The notes: generated by a model from the letters alone, not told the origin. Counted from the whole stretch's first letter, positions 1-12,500 are shown. The stretch is DNA of 63,897 nt, filler included, from Nemertoderma westbladi (GCA_032718475.1; 3 parts of 3 records of this genome joined end to end with filler, not necessarily neighbours in it), one strand, 5' to 3'. Numbers and translations: made by a program.

Positions 1-789
1 AGCTATTGGCAGTAATATACGGTATTGCTAACAATACAGTATGATTGGTTTACCTCATCATACTAACCCCCTCGCTAGATGTGCCGGTATCAAAAGTGTT
101 ATCCCAGTATCATACATTGATAAAGTGTGCATAAAAAAATCTACAAACTACACTAACTGATCTACCCTACATCCTGTATGTCGTTCCCACTCATATGCAG
201 TGCATCCAGATTTTGAAAATTAGGGGAAATACTAATTAGGTTAAACAATAATAGAATTATAGGCATCGCATATTATTCGTGTCACTAAAAAGCGGAAAAT
301 ACGTTTATATTGTGTCGCTAAAGGGAAAAGGTGAAGAGGAAATGAGTGATAAATTTTGGATAATTTAAACTCATCAAAGTTATCAAATGTCATTAAATGG
401 GTCTGCAATCTTTGAAATATATATATTTCGATAATCTCATTCAATAGTGATATTCTTAAAAAAAAAAATTAATAACTAATTTAAATTACTTTTTATTAAT
501 TTTATAAATTAAGTAAAACTAATAATGACGTTTGATAAGGAAGATAAGAAGTGAAAAGGTGGAAACCATTATAATTGGAATAACGTTGAAGGGAAATAAT
601 AACAAGTTGAAACAAATTAGTTCGAGATGATTGTACTGTTCCTTTCCTTTTCCTGAGAGATAGTTTAGCACTGAGATCCTTGTCTGGGTTTAATAGAATT
701 TATATTTTTAAACAATGTATATTGTTCCGGAAGCACCGATACGGGGTCGACTTTGAAGATGCCATCTGAAATGTTTTGAGAAATACTTC

Positions 790-1165
790 AGATGCTAGTG
801 GTATGGGTATGAGATGCTAGTGGCATGGGTTGGGTATGAGATGCTAGTGGTATGGGTATGATATGCTAGTGGTATGGGTATGAGATGCTAGCGGTATGGA
901 TATGGGTATGAGATGCTAGTGGTATGGATATGGGTATATCTTATGGTATAGTTTATATGGGTATGGGTATGAGATGCTAGTGGTATGGGTATCGGTATGA
1001 GATGCTAGTGGTATGGGTATGAGATGCTAGTGGTATAGGTATGAAATGCTAGTGGTATGGGTATGGGTATGAGATGCTTGTGGTATGGGTATGAGATGCT
1101 TGTGGTATGGGTATGAGATGCTAGTGGTATGGGTATGAGATGCTTGTGGTATGGGTATTGGGTAT
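790..1165. repeat. Degenerate ~22-bp minisatellite (GAGATGCTAGTGGTATGGGTAT)
   Basis: Directly visible tandem units with variable GGGTAT sub-repeats. Confidence 0.9.
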
Positions 1166-1475
1166 GCTAATGTGCTAATGGTATATTTTATTATTGAGCG
1201 AGGCTATATATTTACAAAATAAAATCAACTCTATATATATATTGCAATTAAATATCCTATATTACATGAACTTTCGGAAATTCGATAGAATGACAGAAGT
1301 GAAAAAATAATAAATTTTTTCAATTTTTACACTTTTAACTCCATTTATTTTCGTTCAGTTGTGTTGAAATTTAACAAGAATTTCAAATTATTTTTCTAAC
1401 CAAAATTAATCTAAAACGCATAGAAAAGGAACAGTAAATCGGGATGAGGTAATACTACTTCCGGCAACCTACTAC

Positions 1476-1580
1476 CTCTGGATTGAATAACCGAAGAGCC
1501 CAGAGCAGCGCGTTAGTGAAGTTGGCGACGCCATGGGGAGAGTTGAGAGTCTCTGATTCGCTCATTGCGTGGACGAAAAA
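1476..1580 (-). CDS. CACNA2D: CACNA2D-like exon E (VWA)
   Basis: FFVHAMSESETLNSPHGVANFTNALLWALRLFNPE, with a GxANFTxAL motif. Acceptor tttcag is clear; donor gtagta is less certain. The gene presumably continues left of the window. Confidence 0.75.
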
Positions 1581-2510
1581 CTGAAATAGGTGTTGAAGTA
1601 AACATTGGAACAGCTCAATGCGGTTCGATGACAATGTTAAAGGAAAATTATTTAAATATTTAATCGTGATAAATTTATAATTAAATACAAAAAGACAAAA
1701 AAATACAAAAAGTGTGGGCTGATTTTGCGGCTGAATGTGCGACTACAATTATTATTTTTGTCTGTCTGTCAGTCTGTATTTCTGCCTGTGTGTCATAATG
1801 TTGTATAATGGTTTTCAAATGCTTCCCTCCCAATACTCTTAGGACTTTTGTCTCACATGTCCGGCATCATCAGATACCAGGGGCATTCAGACACCCGGGG
1901 AGGGACGGGAGTTATCCGAAAATATTAAAGGAATTTTCAGGAAAAGTTATTTTTACCTACCGGTATATTTCGCCATTACAGGATCTTGTTTATGTAGAGC
2001 ACCTGTATTTATTTCAGAAGTCAAATAAGCTGGTTGCATTATTTGACGTGTATTGTTACTGAATTTAAAATATCGATACATTGAAAGATAAAACTTGTAA
2101 ATAAATGAATACATTTACAATTGTCTAACTACAATAAGTTGCGGCTCATTGTATATCGTAAAATATAACAGAAACATCTAAAAAATAGTAACGAGAATCA
2201 ATAACTGTGGTTAAAGTACAGATTTAGCAATTTATATTAATAAACAAGCAAGTAAAAAGCTAAAAGACTGATTTACATTTTAGATTTTTCTTTAAAAAAT
2301 TGCAGCCATACCCGAAAAAAGAGTAAAATTGAAAGTTTCTTGAAATCTTTCAGGTTTCCTGACTCCCATCTCTACCGGAGCCATCAGTGCACTAGGACTG
2401 AAGGACTAGAACTTGCAGCTAACTTAAATTAATTTAGGGACCTAAATCAACTAATATCCATCGCTAAAGTAACATAAAATAGGAAATAAAGTAATAAGAA
2501 CCAAACTTAC

Positions 2511-2609
2511 CCGTTTATTGTGAGCAGTAGCGCGAATAAACTTAGGCAGAGTCTTTTTGTTGGTTGTAGAATTAAAACAAGGAATTACATATTTAACTTT
2601 AGTCGCAAA
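2511..2609 (-). CDS. CACNA2D: CACNA2D-like exon D (VWA)
   Basis: FATKVKYVIPCFNSTTNKKTLPKFIRATAHNKR fits the F..V...PCF...A..NK pattern that follows the previous exon. Bounded by tttcag| and |gtaagt; 99 nt, phase 0 to 0. Confidence 0.82.
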
Positions 2610-2649
2610 CTGAAACAGAAAATAATTACATTTATAAATAATGTCAAGC

Positions 2650-2945
2650 TTGGGGGAACCAATGAGACACCTCCAATGTTATATAGTGTCTGGTTGGAGA
2701 TGTGTGCATTGTACTTGACACAATGAACCCGGCGTAGCATTCTTGTGAATGTGCCATCCAGAGATTTGGTGTCCTCAGCAGTTAGAGCCCAGCATGGACT
2801 CCCGTAGAGGAGTACTGGAACTACTGCTGCTCTAAATAATCGGACCTTAAGTTTCCGATGAATTCTGTGTGACTTCCAAATCCTGGAAAGCCTATTCAAG
2901 GCTGCCCATGCCTTTCCCTTACGTGTTCGAAGGTCCTCACCTGAC
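2650..2945 (-). mobile_element. RTE-clade LINE fragment (RT C-terminus)
   Basis: RIWKSHRIHRKLKVRLFRAAVVPVLLYGSPCWALT...LDGTFTRMLR is typical of the RTE post-RT region. Confidence 0.8.
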
Positions 2946-3356
2946 TTACGGGAGGACTCACACCACCTAATGACGCAGCCTCATCGCTTTGTGATTAAAT
3001 ACTTAAGTGAAGGTTCATTTCATTACTCATGAGGTGCAATTCTGTAATCAATACAAGTCTGGGTCGCTCGGGGGCGCCTCAAATTTGAAAATCCGGCCAT
3101 CGTGCTTCGCAAATGTGTATTTAAGGGATTTCTTTAAGCTGAAAGTCAACTAAATCATTTTGATTTAAAATAAAAACTATACTTTTCAAAACCAAACAAC
3201 TAAATTAATGAATACATCTTAACTGTGATGAAAAAAAGGATATTTTACAACAACTAATACTTTAATTGCGTGATGGTTTTTCTGTGTAGCGTTTTCAACC
3301 CACCCCGCTCTCTACTACTAATTTCGTCACAGAGTCCAGCTTATCATGTTACTTAC

Positions 3357-3574
3357 ACTTATAACATTGAGGAAATCTTCCTCGGTCAACGTCTCCATTA
3401 ATGCCATCGCTGCGTACTTCATTATCCTCAGGGTCTGACCGTAGACCGACCCGCTAGAGTCGATCATTATGAGTACGTCCTTACGCGACATTATCGACTG
3501 GATGTACCACGACCTCCGTCGTGAGTCGAAAAGGTCGATCTTAGCGTCACCGCCGCCAACCGCGAATTTCGCAC
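3357..3574 (-). CDS. CACNA2D: CACNA2D-like exon C, start of VWA domain with MIDAS motif
   Basis: [72 protein letters not shown], containing the DxSxS MIDAS and DxRxRxWYIQ motifs. Bounded by ctgtag| and |gtaagt; 218 nt, phase 1 to 0. Confidence 0.92.
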
Positions 3575-4679
3575 CTACAGGTAAATAAGGCAAAATAAAA
3601 ACACAAGTTAGACTACAGGTAAATAAAGCAAAAGAAAAACACAAGTTAGACTACGGGTAAATAAAGCAAAATAAAAACACAAGTTAGACTACAGGTAAAT
3701 AAAGCAAAATAATAACACAAGTTAGACTACTAGTAAATAAAGCAAAATAAAAACACAAGTTAGACAGGTAAATAAAGCAAAATAAAAACACAAGTTAGAC
3801 AGGTAAATAAAGCAAAATAAAAACACAAGTTAGACTACAAGTAAATAAAGCAAAATAAAAACACAAGTTAGACTACAAGTTAATAAAGCAAAATAAAAAC
3901 ACAAGTTAGACTACAAGTAAATAAAGCAAAATAAAAACACAAGTTAGACAGGTAAATAAAGCAAAATAAAAACACAAGTTAGACAGGTAAATAAAGCAAA
4001 ATAAAAACACAAGTTAGTACAGGTAGATAAAGCAAAATAAAAACACAAGTTAGACAGGTAAATAAAGCAAAATAAAAACACAAGTTAGACTACAGGTAAA
4101 TAAAAAAAAATAAAAACACAAATTAGACTACAGGTAAGTAAGGCAATATAAAGACTCAAGTTAGACAGGTAAATAAAGCAAAATAAAAACACAAGTTAGA
4201 CTACAAGTAAATAAAGCAAAATAAAAACACAAGTTAGACTACAAGTTAATAAAGCAAAATAAAAACACAAGTTAGACTACAAGTAAATAAAGCAAAATAA
4301 AAACACAAGTTAGACAGGTAAATAAAGCAAAATAAAAACACAAGTTAGACAGGTAAATAAAGCAAAATAAAAACACAAGTTAGTACAGGTAGATAAAGCA
4401 AAATAAAAACACAAGTTAGACAGGTAAATAAAGCAAAATAAAAACACAAGTTAGACTACAGGTAAATAAAAAAAAATAAAAACACAAATTAGACTACAGG
4501 TAAGTAAGGCAATATAAAGACTCAAGTTAGACAGGTAAATAAAGCAAAATAAAAACACAAGTTAGTACAGGTAGATAAAGCAAAATAAAAACACAAGTTA
4601 GACTACAGGTAAATAAAAAAAAATAAAAACACAAATTAGACTACAGGTAAGTAAGGCAATATAAAGACTCAAGTTAGAC
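3575..4679. repeat. 35-38-bp minisatellite (~30 units) built from the CACNA2D exon C 3' splice site
   Basis: On the minus strand the unit is TCTAACTTGTGTTTTTATTTTGCTTTATTTACCTG(TAG). The last unit supplies the real acceptor. Confidence 0.92.
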
Positions 4680-4852
4680 TAAATGGTGGGCTAAATGCTT
4701 GTAAGTAGGCCAGTTTGTAAGTTGATAACTTTTAAAATAAAAAACTAACTTCAATAAGTAAAGGAAGAGCAGTAAAATAATGTATAAGATTACCGGTACT
4801 AAGGTATAAATTAATTAGTGTTTGGATTGCGGTGAATGTGGCGATAGAAATA

Positions 4853-5343
4853 GCATAAAGTAATAATGGCATAAAGTAATAGTGGCATAAAGTAATAGTG
4901 GCATAAAGTAATAGTGGCATAAAGTAATAGTGGCATAAAGTAATAGTGGCATAAAGTAATAGTGGCATAAAGTAATAGTGGCATAAAGTAATAGTGGCAT
5001 AAAGTAATAGTGGCATAAAGGAATAGTAGCATAAAGTAATAGTGGCATAAAGTAATAGTGGCATAAAGTAATAGTGGCATAAAGTAATAGTGGCATAAAG
5101 TAATAGTGGCATAAAGTAATAGTGCCATAAAGTAATAGTGGCATAAAGTAATAGTGGCATAAAGTAATAGTGGCATAAAGTAATAGTGGCATAAAGTAAT
5201 AGTGGCATAAAGTAATATTGGCATAAAGTAATAGTGGCATAAAGTAATAGTGGCATAAAGTTATAGTGGCATAAAGTAATAGTGGCATAAAGTAATAGTG
5301 GCATAAAGTAATAGTGGCATAAAGTTATAGTGGCATAAAGTAA
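4853..5343. repeat. 16-bp minisatellite (TAATAGTGGCATAAAG), ~30 copies
   Basis: Near-perfect tandem array. Confidence 0.95.
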
Positions 5344-5897
5344 TTGGTTTTTAAAATAGTTATATTATTTTATTTATTGTATCCCATGTGAACAATAATT
5401 ATATTCTGGAACTTTAAAACTCATTTTGAATTGTAAGGCCAGTAGCAATCCTTTACAAAGACGAGATGAATATTGAGCTATTGGAATTCTACAGGCTATT
5501 TGTTATTTTGTCATTTTCCATGACAACCGGTGATAACACTAAGTCAACTGCCGATTCAGATTTGTTTCATATCAGAATGAAAGGCCAACAGATATGTCCT
5601 CCCGAAAAGTCCCACGAGGTACCAAAAACTATTCCATATGCAGGCTGGCCCGTGCCGTGGACTAAAACATATTTTAAAGGTCACTGATTATAATGTTAAT
5701 TAACAATATTTTAATATATATTTGTTATATGTAGCTTGATAACTAATTTCAGTAAATGAAAGATAAGTATATTAAATGAATTAGTTGATACTAATAATGT
5801 AATATAATCCGAAATATTAATATATTAATGAATAATTACAAATAATAAACAATAATAAACACAGATACACTCATAATGACCCCCCCCCCCAAATTAA

Positions 5898-6935
5898 TTA
5901 ACTGATTGACTTCTTTATGAAGGGAGCTATTAGCGTGGGGTCTACCACCGAGTTCTCTATGGGCTCGTGGATGTTGAACTCGTGGCAGGGTTGCCCCCGG
6001 CGATGGGTAGCCCGGGTGTTCCGAGAAGGGATCGGAAGCTCGGAATGGTGGGCCGGAAGGGGTTCCGTAAAGAAGTAAGGATGGAGGATCGCCTTGGATG
6101 CGGGGATCCTCTTCTTACTGTCGTAGACCAGGAACCCCCCGAGGAGGTCGACAGCTTCCACAGGCGCGTCCGGAATCACCTCATCGAGCGGAATAGCGGG
6201 GTTGTCCGGGAACGTTATCTTATTGTAATCGGGGAGTTCCAACATTCCGGGCCAACTGCGTTCCGTGGGGGTGCCCAGAACGCGGAGCACGCAGCACAAC
6301 TGCTCGATATCCGAGTCCCCGGGGAACACCGGAGAGTTGTTGAGGAGTTCCCCGAATATACAGCCGACGGCCCAGAGATCGACCCCCTCGTCGTAACGTT
6401 TCGCGCCGTACAGCAGCTCCGGGGCGCGGTACCACCGTGTGGCGACCTGGTGGCTGTAAACCCGCACGGGATTGCTCGAGAACACACGCGCTAAACCGAA
6501 ATCCGCTATCTTTAGATGCCCCGCGGCGCTGATTAACAGATTGGCGGGTTTCAGATCCCGATGGATTATCGAGTTTTCGTGGCAGAACTGAACTCCCTGG
6601 AGTATCATTAACATGTAGCTCTTGGCCTGGGCTTCTGTTAGAGGTCGCTCCCAGTTGCGGATTACTTCACTCAAGTCGCTTAACATGAACTCAAACACGA
6701 GAACGAATCCAGTTCCGTGCGGGAACACATCGCATAGTTTAACGATATTCTGATGGTCTCCTATCTCTTGTAACGCCTTAATCTCACGGAGCGCCGAGTT
6801 AGGGATGCCGTCTTCGAGTCGTTTCATCGGGACTTTCTTCAAGGCAACTTCCTCTCCGCTCTCTATGTGTTTCGCTTTGAAGACAATCCCATGGGCTCCT
6901 TCCCCCACGCGACCCAGTATTACGTACTGATCCAT
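5898..6935 (-). CDS. CDK20: Cyclin-dependent kinase 20 (CCRK), complete intronless ORF
   Basis: 345 aa: MDQYVILGRVGEGAHGIVFKAK, VALKK, PNSALRE, HRDLKPAN, DFG, YSHQVATRWYRAPELLYGA and the C-terminal PLPAHHSELPIP are all CDK20 hallmarks. Catalytic residues are intact. Confidence 0.96.
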   Translation of the reverse strand: MDQYVILGRVGEGAHGIVFKAKHIESGEEVALKKVPMKRLEDGIPNSALREIKALQEIGDHQNIVKLCDVFPHGTGFVLVFEFMLSDLSEVIRNWERPLTEAQAKSYMLMILQGVQFCHENSIIHRDLKPANLLISAAGHLKIADFGLARVFSSNPVRVYSHQVATRWYRAPELLYGAKRYDEGVDLWAVGCIFGELLNNSPVFPGDSDIEQLCCVLRVLGTPTERSWPGMLELPDYNKITFPDNPAIPLDEVIPDAPVEAVDLLGGFLVYDSKKRIPASKAILHPYFFTEPLPAHHSELPIPSRNTRATHRRGQPCHEFNIHEPIENSVVDPTLIAPFIKKSIS

Positions 6936-7413
6936 TGCTGATCGACTTTTACAAACCTTATACTGACACTGACTGTAGTAACATTTTGTTACCGCACCTG
7001 CGGCTATGTAGGCCCTATATGATTAGCAAAGGATTTCGTTTCGTTTGTATATTATATAGCAGTTTAAATTAAGGAAAGTGTCCATTTGGTTGAAAGGGCT
7101 AATGATTGGACTCAACTTTTATATGTGTAGGCCTGAAAGAAAGCATAAAACTGTAAAATCAGCATACCAAATGTACCGGTCCGGTAGGGAATCTGACTGT
7201 ATGTGTGTGTTTTTGTATAATTGGTTGCTAGGAGACCAAACAAATGTTGTACAGAATTACTGTGGCGACTGCAATGAGGCCGCCAACATTGCCTACCACA
7301 CAAACTACTAATTTTTCAAAAGCAATGTCCCTGTTTCATTTGAATATTCGCAGCCTAGCTACGAACAAAAACGATCTCATAGGTAGGGTTTCTTTCTCTA
7401 CTCAAATTCAACT

Positions 7414-7716
7414 TTGTAATACTAGTTTTATCAGAAACTTTCCTAGTTAAAGATTCTGTAATACTAGCTTTATCAGAAAGTGTAATACTAGCTTTATCAG
7501 AAACTTTCCTAGTTAAAGATTCTGTAATACTAGCTTTATCAGAAACTTTCCTAGTTAAAGATTCTGTAATACTAGCTTTATCAGAAACTTTCCTAGTTAA
7601 AGATTCTGTAATACTAGCTTTATCAGAAACTTTCCTAGTTAAAGATTCTGTAATACTAGCTTTATCAGAAACTTTCCTAGTTAAAGATTCTGTAATACTA
7701 GCTTTATCAGAAACTT
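7414..7716 (+). repeat. 42-bp tandem repeat derived from LINE endonuclease coding sequence
   Basis: Unit TCTGTAATACTAGCTTTATCAGAAACTTTCCTAGTTAAAGAT translates as SVILALSETFLVKD; about 7 copies. Confidence 0.88.
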
Positions 7717-9476
7717 GTTAGATCTAGAAATTGCTGACGTAGAAAGTACATGCATCGAGTTGGTTTCAACCAATCTACAAGTGTGAGTCTGTTGACTGTG
7801 ATTACTTTCTATTAAATTTAAGCAACACTATCTAATCACTATCCCATCCTAATATTGACATTATCATTACTGGTGATCTTAATATAGATGTAAAGAAAAT
7901 ATTATCCCGTTCAATATCATATTTAAATATGTTGACCTCACTTAGCTGCACTCAACTTATTAACGTTCCAACTAGAGTAGGCCTATTTAAGGAGTCTAAA
8001 TCAACCATCGTTCATGTAATTTCTAATTCATCGACACATAATATGAGCATGTCGGTTTAACTCATAGGCCCCACCTGACCATTACCCTATTTTCTCAATT
8101 TTCTCAGAAACATCACACTACTTTTCAGAACCACTTTTTAAAATATATTTACGACTATAGATTGTTTAATAGAGAATCCTTTTTAGCCTCGCTTAATAGT
8201 CGTGTTTATCTGCCTCGCTTACTAGTGAAAAGGTTGACGAAAAGTTTAATTAATTCTATTCAAAGTTTGTTGACCCTTGTCACCTACACGTACCTAAAAA
8301 AATTACCAAAAAAGCAGATCCCACGAAAACCTTGGATAACTACAGGAATTCTGAATAGTATCAACAACAAGCACAAACTCTACAGTATCTACCGTAAAAA
8401 TCCAACAACAGATAATTATTCTAACTTTCAATTACATCGCAATAAGCTAACCAAACTCCTACGTACATCTGAAAAAAACTATTATTTCAATAAGTTTATA
8501 TAATATCATGGCAATATGAATAAAACCTGGAAGCTAATCAACTCTGCACTTACAAAGAAGCACAAATCAGCTCTGCCAAAAAAGATACTAATCAGTGCTA
8601 ATAAGAGTAACATATTAACGACATCAATGACCTCAAAAATACAAGTACATCCAACAGGGTATTCACCTCAGTCCCTCCGAAATCGCAACTATTTTCAATA
8701 AATACTTCTCAACTGTAGGTCCTACCTAACCTTGCGTCCAGTATCCCATCTACCTACATCAGAAGTAGGCTGGGGCCCACCCCCACAGTCTACCAATGCC
8801 TCATCTGGTGACATTCGATTCTCACCCTACAATACCTTTGCATTTATTGACCCTTGTCCTCAAGAAATCTACAATATAATAACATCTCTGAACGTAAACA
8901 AATCTCCAAACGACCCAATCCCTATATATCTCTAGTCAAATTAGCTGCTGAATGAACCTTTGGCATTTTACCTATCTGAATTTTTCAATGCATTTATTTC
9001 AGCCCAATCCTTCCCTGACTCAATGAAAATCGCGAACGTCATACCAGTTTTCAAGTCTGGCTATCCATTTGACCCATCTAATTATAGGCCAATTTCCCTT
9101 CTACCAATTTTCGGCAAAACGTTTGTAAAAATCTTATTCGACCAACTCCTAGCCTATTTTACAATCAATAACAAATTAACTCCCGAGCAGTATGGATTTC
9201 TAAAAAAACCGCTCTACTTCTGATGCCCTACTTGACCTAACTGATAGAATTCGGGATGCCCTCAACAATAAAAAACACTCACTGGTTGTATACCTAGACC
9301 TTCGTAGGCCTTCGACACAATTGACTACAAAATTTTGTAAAATAAACTAGAGTGGTATGGAATTCGATGTCCACCTCTAAATGTGATCAAGAATTATCTC
9401 TCCGACCGCTTCCAATTCGTCAGCATGGGTACAACAAAATCAATGCTTAAGCCTTATACTCTGTGGGGTTCCCCAC

Positions 9477-9974
9477 AGAAATGGGAGGGCATTTAATGTT
9501 TAGACATGTGGCCCTCTAGCGGGAGACCATTGCACTGATGGTGTCTGAAAGTCTCTCAAAAATCTCAACTTTAGCTCATATTGATACCTACAAATTTTCA
9601 ACTTGGCAGCTTTAAATCCGACAAAGTTATTAGCATGTCAAAATCGTAACGACGACAACGATTTCACTTTCAGACCTTTGGCCCTCTAGCGGCAGACTGG
9701 AGAACTGCAGATGGATTCGCCTCCTTTGAAAGTCACAGCTAATGGTCTAATACATATCTGCCAAGTTTCAGCTTAAACGGATTAAAAGCAAAGAAATGGG
9801 AGGGCATTTAATGTTTAGACATGTGGCCCTCTAGCGGGAGACCATTGCACTGATGGTGTCTGAAAGTCTCTCAAAAATCTCAACTTTTGCTCATATTGAT
9901 ACCTACAAATTTTCAACTTGGCAGCTTTAAATCCGACAAAGTTATTAGCATGTCAAAATCGTAACGACGACGAC

Positions 9975-10006
<32 letters not shown>

Positions 10007-10086
10007 CAACTATTTGCATAAATTGACCCACCCCCTAACAGTGTCAATTCGCTAAGGCTCCGCCAACTTCGTGGCTCGCCCCACAA
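9477..10086 (+). mobile_element. Putative Helentron-associated (HINE/DINE-like) non-autonomous element
   Basis: A ~315-bp core repeated 1.5 times (9477 and 9792) with a CCAAGTTTCA motif, then a (GAC)n microsatellite and a GC-rich 3' segment with a CTTCG loop. This is the HINE layout. Confidence 0.5.
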
Positions 10087-10919
10087 GTTTCAATTAGCTA
10101 GCTTCATGTATGATTATGTTCCCTACAGGCGCCTCCTAGTAGCCCAACGTGGTATTCAATACCAGGGACCTGTCCTGTGGAATTCCTTACCGAACTCCAT
10201 CCGTTGTACACCTAACAGGTCATCCTTTATGTTCAAGCTGAAGAAGTTTTTAAATAACTAACGCATATTTATTTTCGTCTTCTCATTAACTTAACTAATA
10301 TCTGGGACCCACACTGACCATTCTTAATCACTAATACAACTACTAACTGTACTCATCTCTCTTACTCTCTGGGGATGTTAACGCTATCTAGCATCTCTAG
10401 CATCAAACTAACCTCTACCTACATAATATTCCCTATATTTCTATCCTTGCGTGCATTCCTGAGACCTTACCGTAGTTAGTGAATGTATGTATATCCCCAG
10501 CATGAGACAATAACTTAATTACCTCGTTTTATTATAATAAGCAGTGGCTCCAGTAAAGGTAAACAGATTAAACATACTCTGTATAAAGTAGGTCATGTAT
10601 AAACAAGCAAACACTGTCGCTTAAACCTCATTCCTTGGAGACATTGCTGCTTACAGTTTGTAGACATTATTGTTTATATAAAAACGGGAATACCGATTAA
10701 TTACTTTTGTACACACCACTTATAATTATTTGTAATCAGGGCACATTCACCCCCACGCACTCCGACTTGTACTACATACTTCCTCCCTACTTCATGTAGT
10801 ACCTTTCAGTAGTTACTCGCATATTTGTAGATAATAAAGTCTATGATAAAATATAATATAATAGCCTGGTGGTATTGTGTTTTGTGGTACTCTGGTATTT
10901 CAGTATTTTCAGCAGGTCT

Positions 10920-11943
10920 CTGCACCAGTGTCGGCACCATTGTCGGCACCACTGTCTACACCAGTGTCGGCACCACTGTCTGCACCATTGTCGGCACCAC
11001 TGCCTGCACCATTGTCTGCACCATTGTCAGCACCAGCGTCTGCACCAGTGTATGCACCACTGTCTGCAACAGTGTCTGTACCAGTGTCTGCACCACTGTC
11101 TGCACCAGTGTCTGCACCAGTGTCTGCACCAGTGTCTGCACCAGTGTCTGCACCACTATCTGCACCACTGTCTGCACCACTGTCTGCACCAGTGTCTGCA
11201 CCACTGTCTGCACCATTGTCTGTACCACTGTCTGCCCCAGTGTCGGCACCACTGTCTGCACCAGTGTCTGCACCAGTATCTGCACCAGTGTCTGCACCAC
11301 TGTCTGCACCACTGTCTGCACCAGTGTCTGCACCACTGTCTGCACCACTGTCTGCACCAGTGTCTGCACCAGTGTCTGCACCACTGTCTGCACCAGTGTC
11401 TGCACCACTGTCTGCACCATTGTCTGTACCACTATCTGCCCCAGTGTCGGCACCACTGTCTGCACCACTGTCTGCACCAGTGTCTGCACCACTGTCTGCA
11501 CCACTGTCTGCACCAGTGTCTGCACCACTGTCTGCACCACTGTCTGCACCAGTGTCTGCACCACTGTCTGCACCAGTGTCTGTACCAGTGTCTGCACCAG
11601 TGTCGGCACCAGTGTCTGCACCAGTGTCGGTACCATTGTCTGTACCACTGTCTGCCCCAGTGTCGGCACCACTGTCTGCACCAGTGTCTGCACCACTGTC
11701 TGCACCTCTGTCTGCACCACTGTCTGCACCTCTGTCTGCACCACTGTCTGCACCAGTGTCTGCACCACTGTCTGCACCAGTGTCTGTACCAGTGTCTGCA
11801 CCACTGTCTGCACCAGTGTCTGCACCAGTGTCTGCACCAGTGTCGGCACCATTGTCTGTACCACTGTCTGCCCCAGTGTCGGCACCACTGTCTGCACCAC
11901 TGTCTGTACCACTGTCTGCACCTCTGTCTGCACCACTGTCTGC
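10920..11943. repeat. 12-bp minisatellite (TGCACCA[G/C]TGTC), ~85 copies
   Basis: Tandem array. It produces long spurious ORFs in several frames. Confidence 0.95.
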
Positions 11944-12225
11944 TTAACGTTTACACCCAGATAGAACAGACTGAGTATGATGGTACAACTGATGTAATAC
12001 AGTAATACAGTTTCCTGCCTGTTGACCAGCAATTTGACCGAAAACGACTAGGCCTACAGTATAGCACAATTTGATCACAAATACGCATTCACCAAGGGCA
12101 TACAGGCATCTGGACTGGGCATATGCGTAAAATTAGCTTCGAAATAATGACGGTTCACGTGCATATGCACGGTTCATATGCATCACGTAGACGTGCAAGA
12201 TAATGTCAAGATAAGTCCCATGTGG

Positions 12226-12500
12226 GCCCATGTGAAGAATGCCAGACTTTCTGCCGTTATATTTCACTTTGCAGTTACCCCCATGTGAAGAATACCAGGT
12301 TTTCACCAAAACCACAGGTTACAGAAGGGCTGAATCTAACCAAAACAATAAACGAATTAGTATATGTACAGGTTATAAGACAGAAATAAGCGCTATAAAA
12401 CACTTAATAAAGATAAATTAAAAAAAAAAAAAATCTTCATATATAAAATTCCAATAAAACGTCGACCGAAAAGTGAAATCCTGGTATTCTTCACATGGGC
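12226..12500. mobile_element. Small inverted-repeat element (MITE-like)
   Basis: GCCCATGTGAAGAAT at 12226 (a second copy, CCCATGTGAAGAATACCAGG..TTTCAC, near 12279) is inverted to GTGAAATCCTGGTATTCTTCACATGGGC ending at 12500. A related end occurs at ~60210-60238. No TSD seen. Confidence 0.55.

Larger units (their letters stand above)
7200..10261 (+). mobile_element. Decayed L2-group (Crack/Daphne-like) LINE: endonuclease plus RT, central RT replaced by an insertion
   Basis: Motifs in order: FHLNIRSL, VILALSET, ITGDLNID, PTR, KPWITTGILNSI, KTWKLIN, FPDSMKIANVIPVFKSG, NYRPISLLP, QYGF, AFDTID, GVP; after the insertion, YQGPVLWNSLP..FMFKLKKFL*. Many frameshifts. Confidence 0.88.

Noticed and set aside
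640-765. Possible next CACNA2D exon (tttcag acceptor, QGSQC-like peptide)
   Set aside because: All frames hit stops before a donor, and the expected IMLxTDG motif is absent.
1835-1885. Hammerhead-like CTGATGA on the minus strand
   Set aside because: No GAAA core or supporting stems.
4732-5304. Hydrophobic repeat ORFs (MPLLLYATITLCHYYF)
   Set aside because: Translation of a 16-bp satellite.
5967-6494. Antisense and alternative-frame ORFs over CDK20
   Set aside because: Shadows of a GC-richer coding region.
10843-12032. Long Cys/His/Thr-rich ORFs (356-378 aa) in four frames
   Set aside because: By-product of a stop-free 12-bp repeat; there is no unique coding context.
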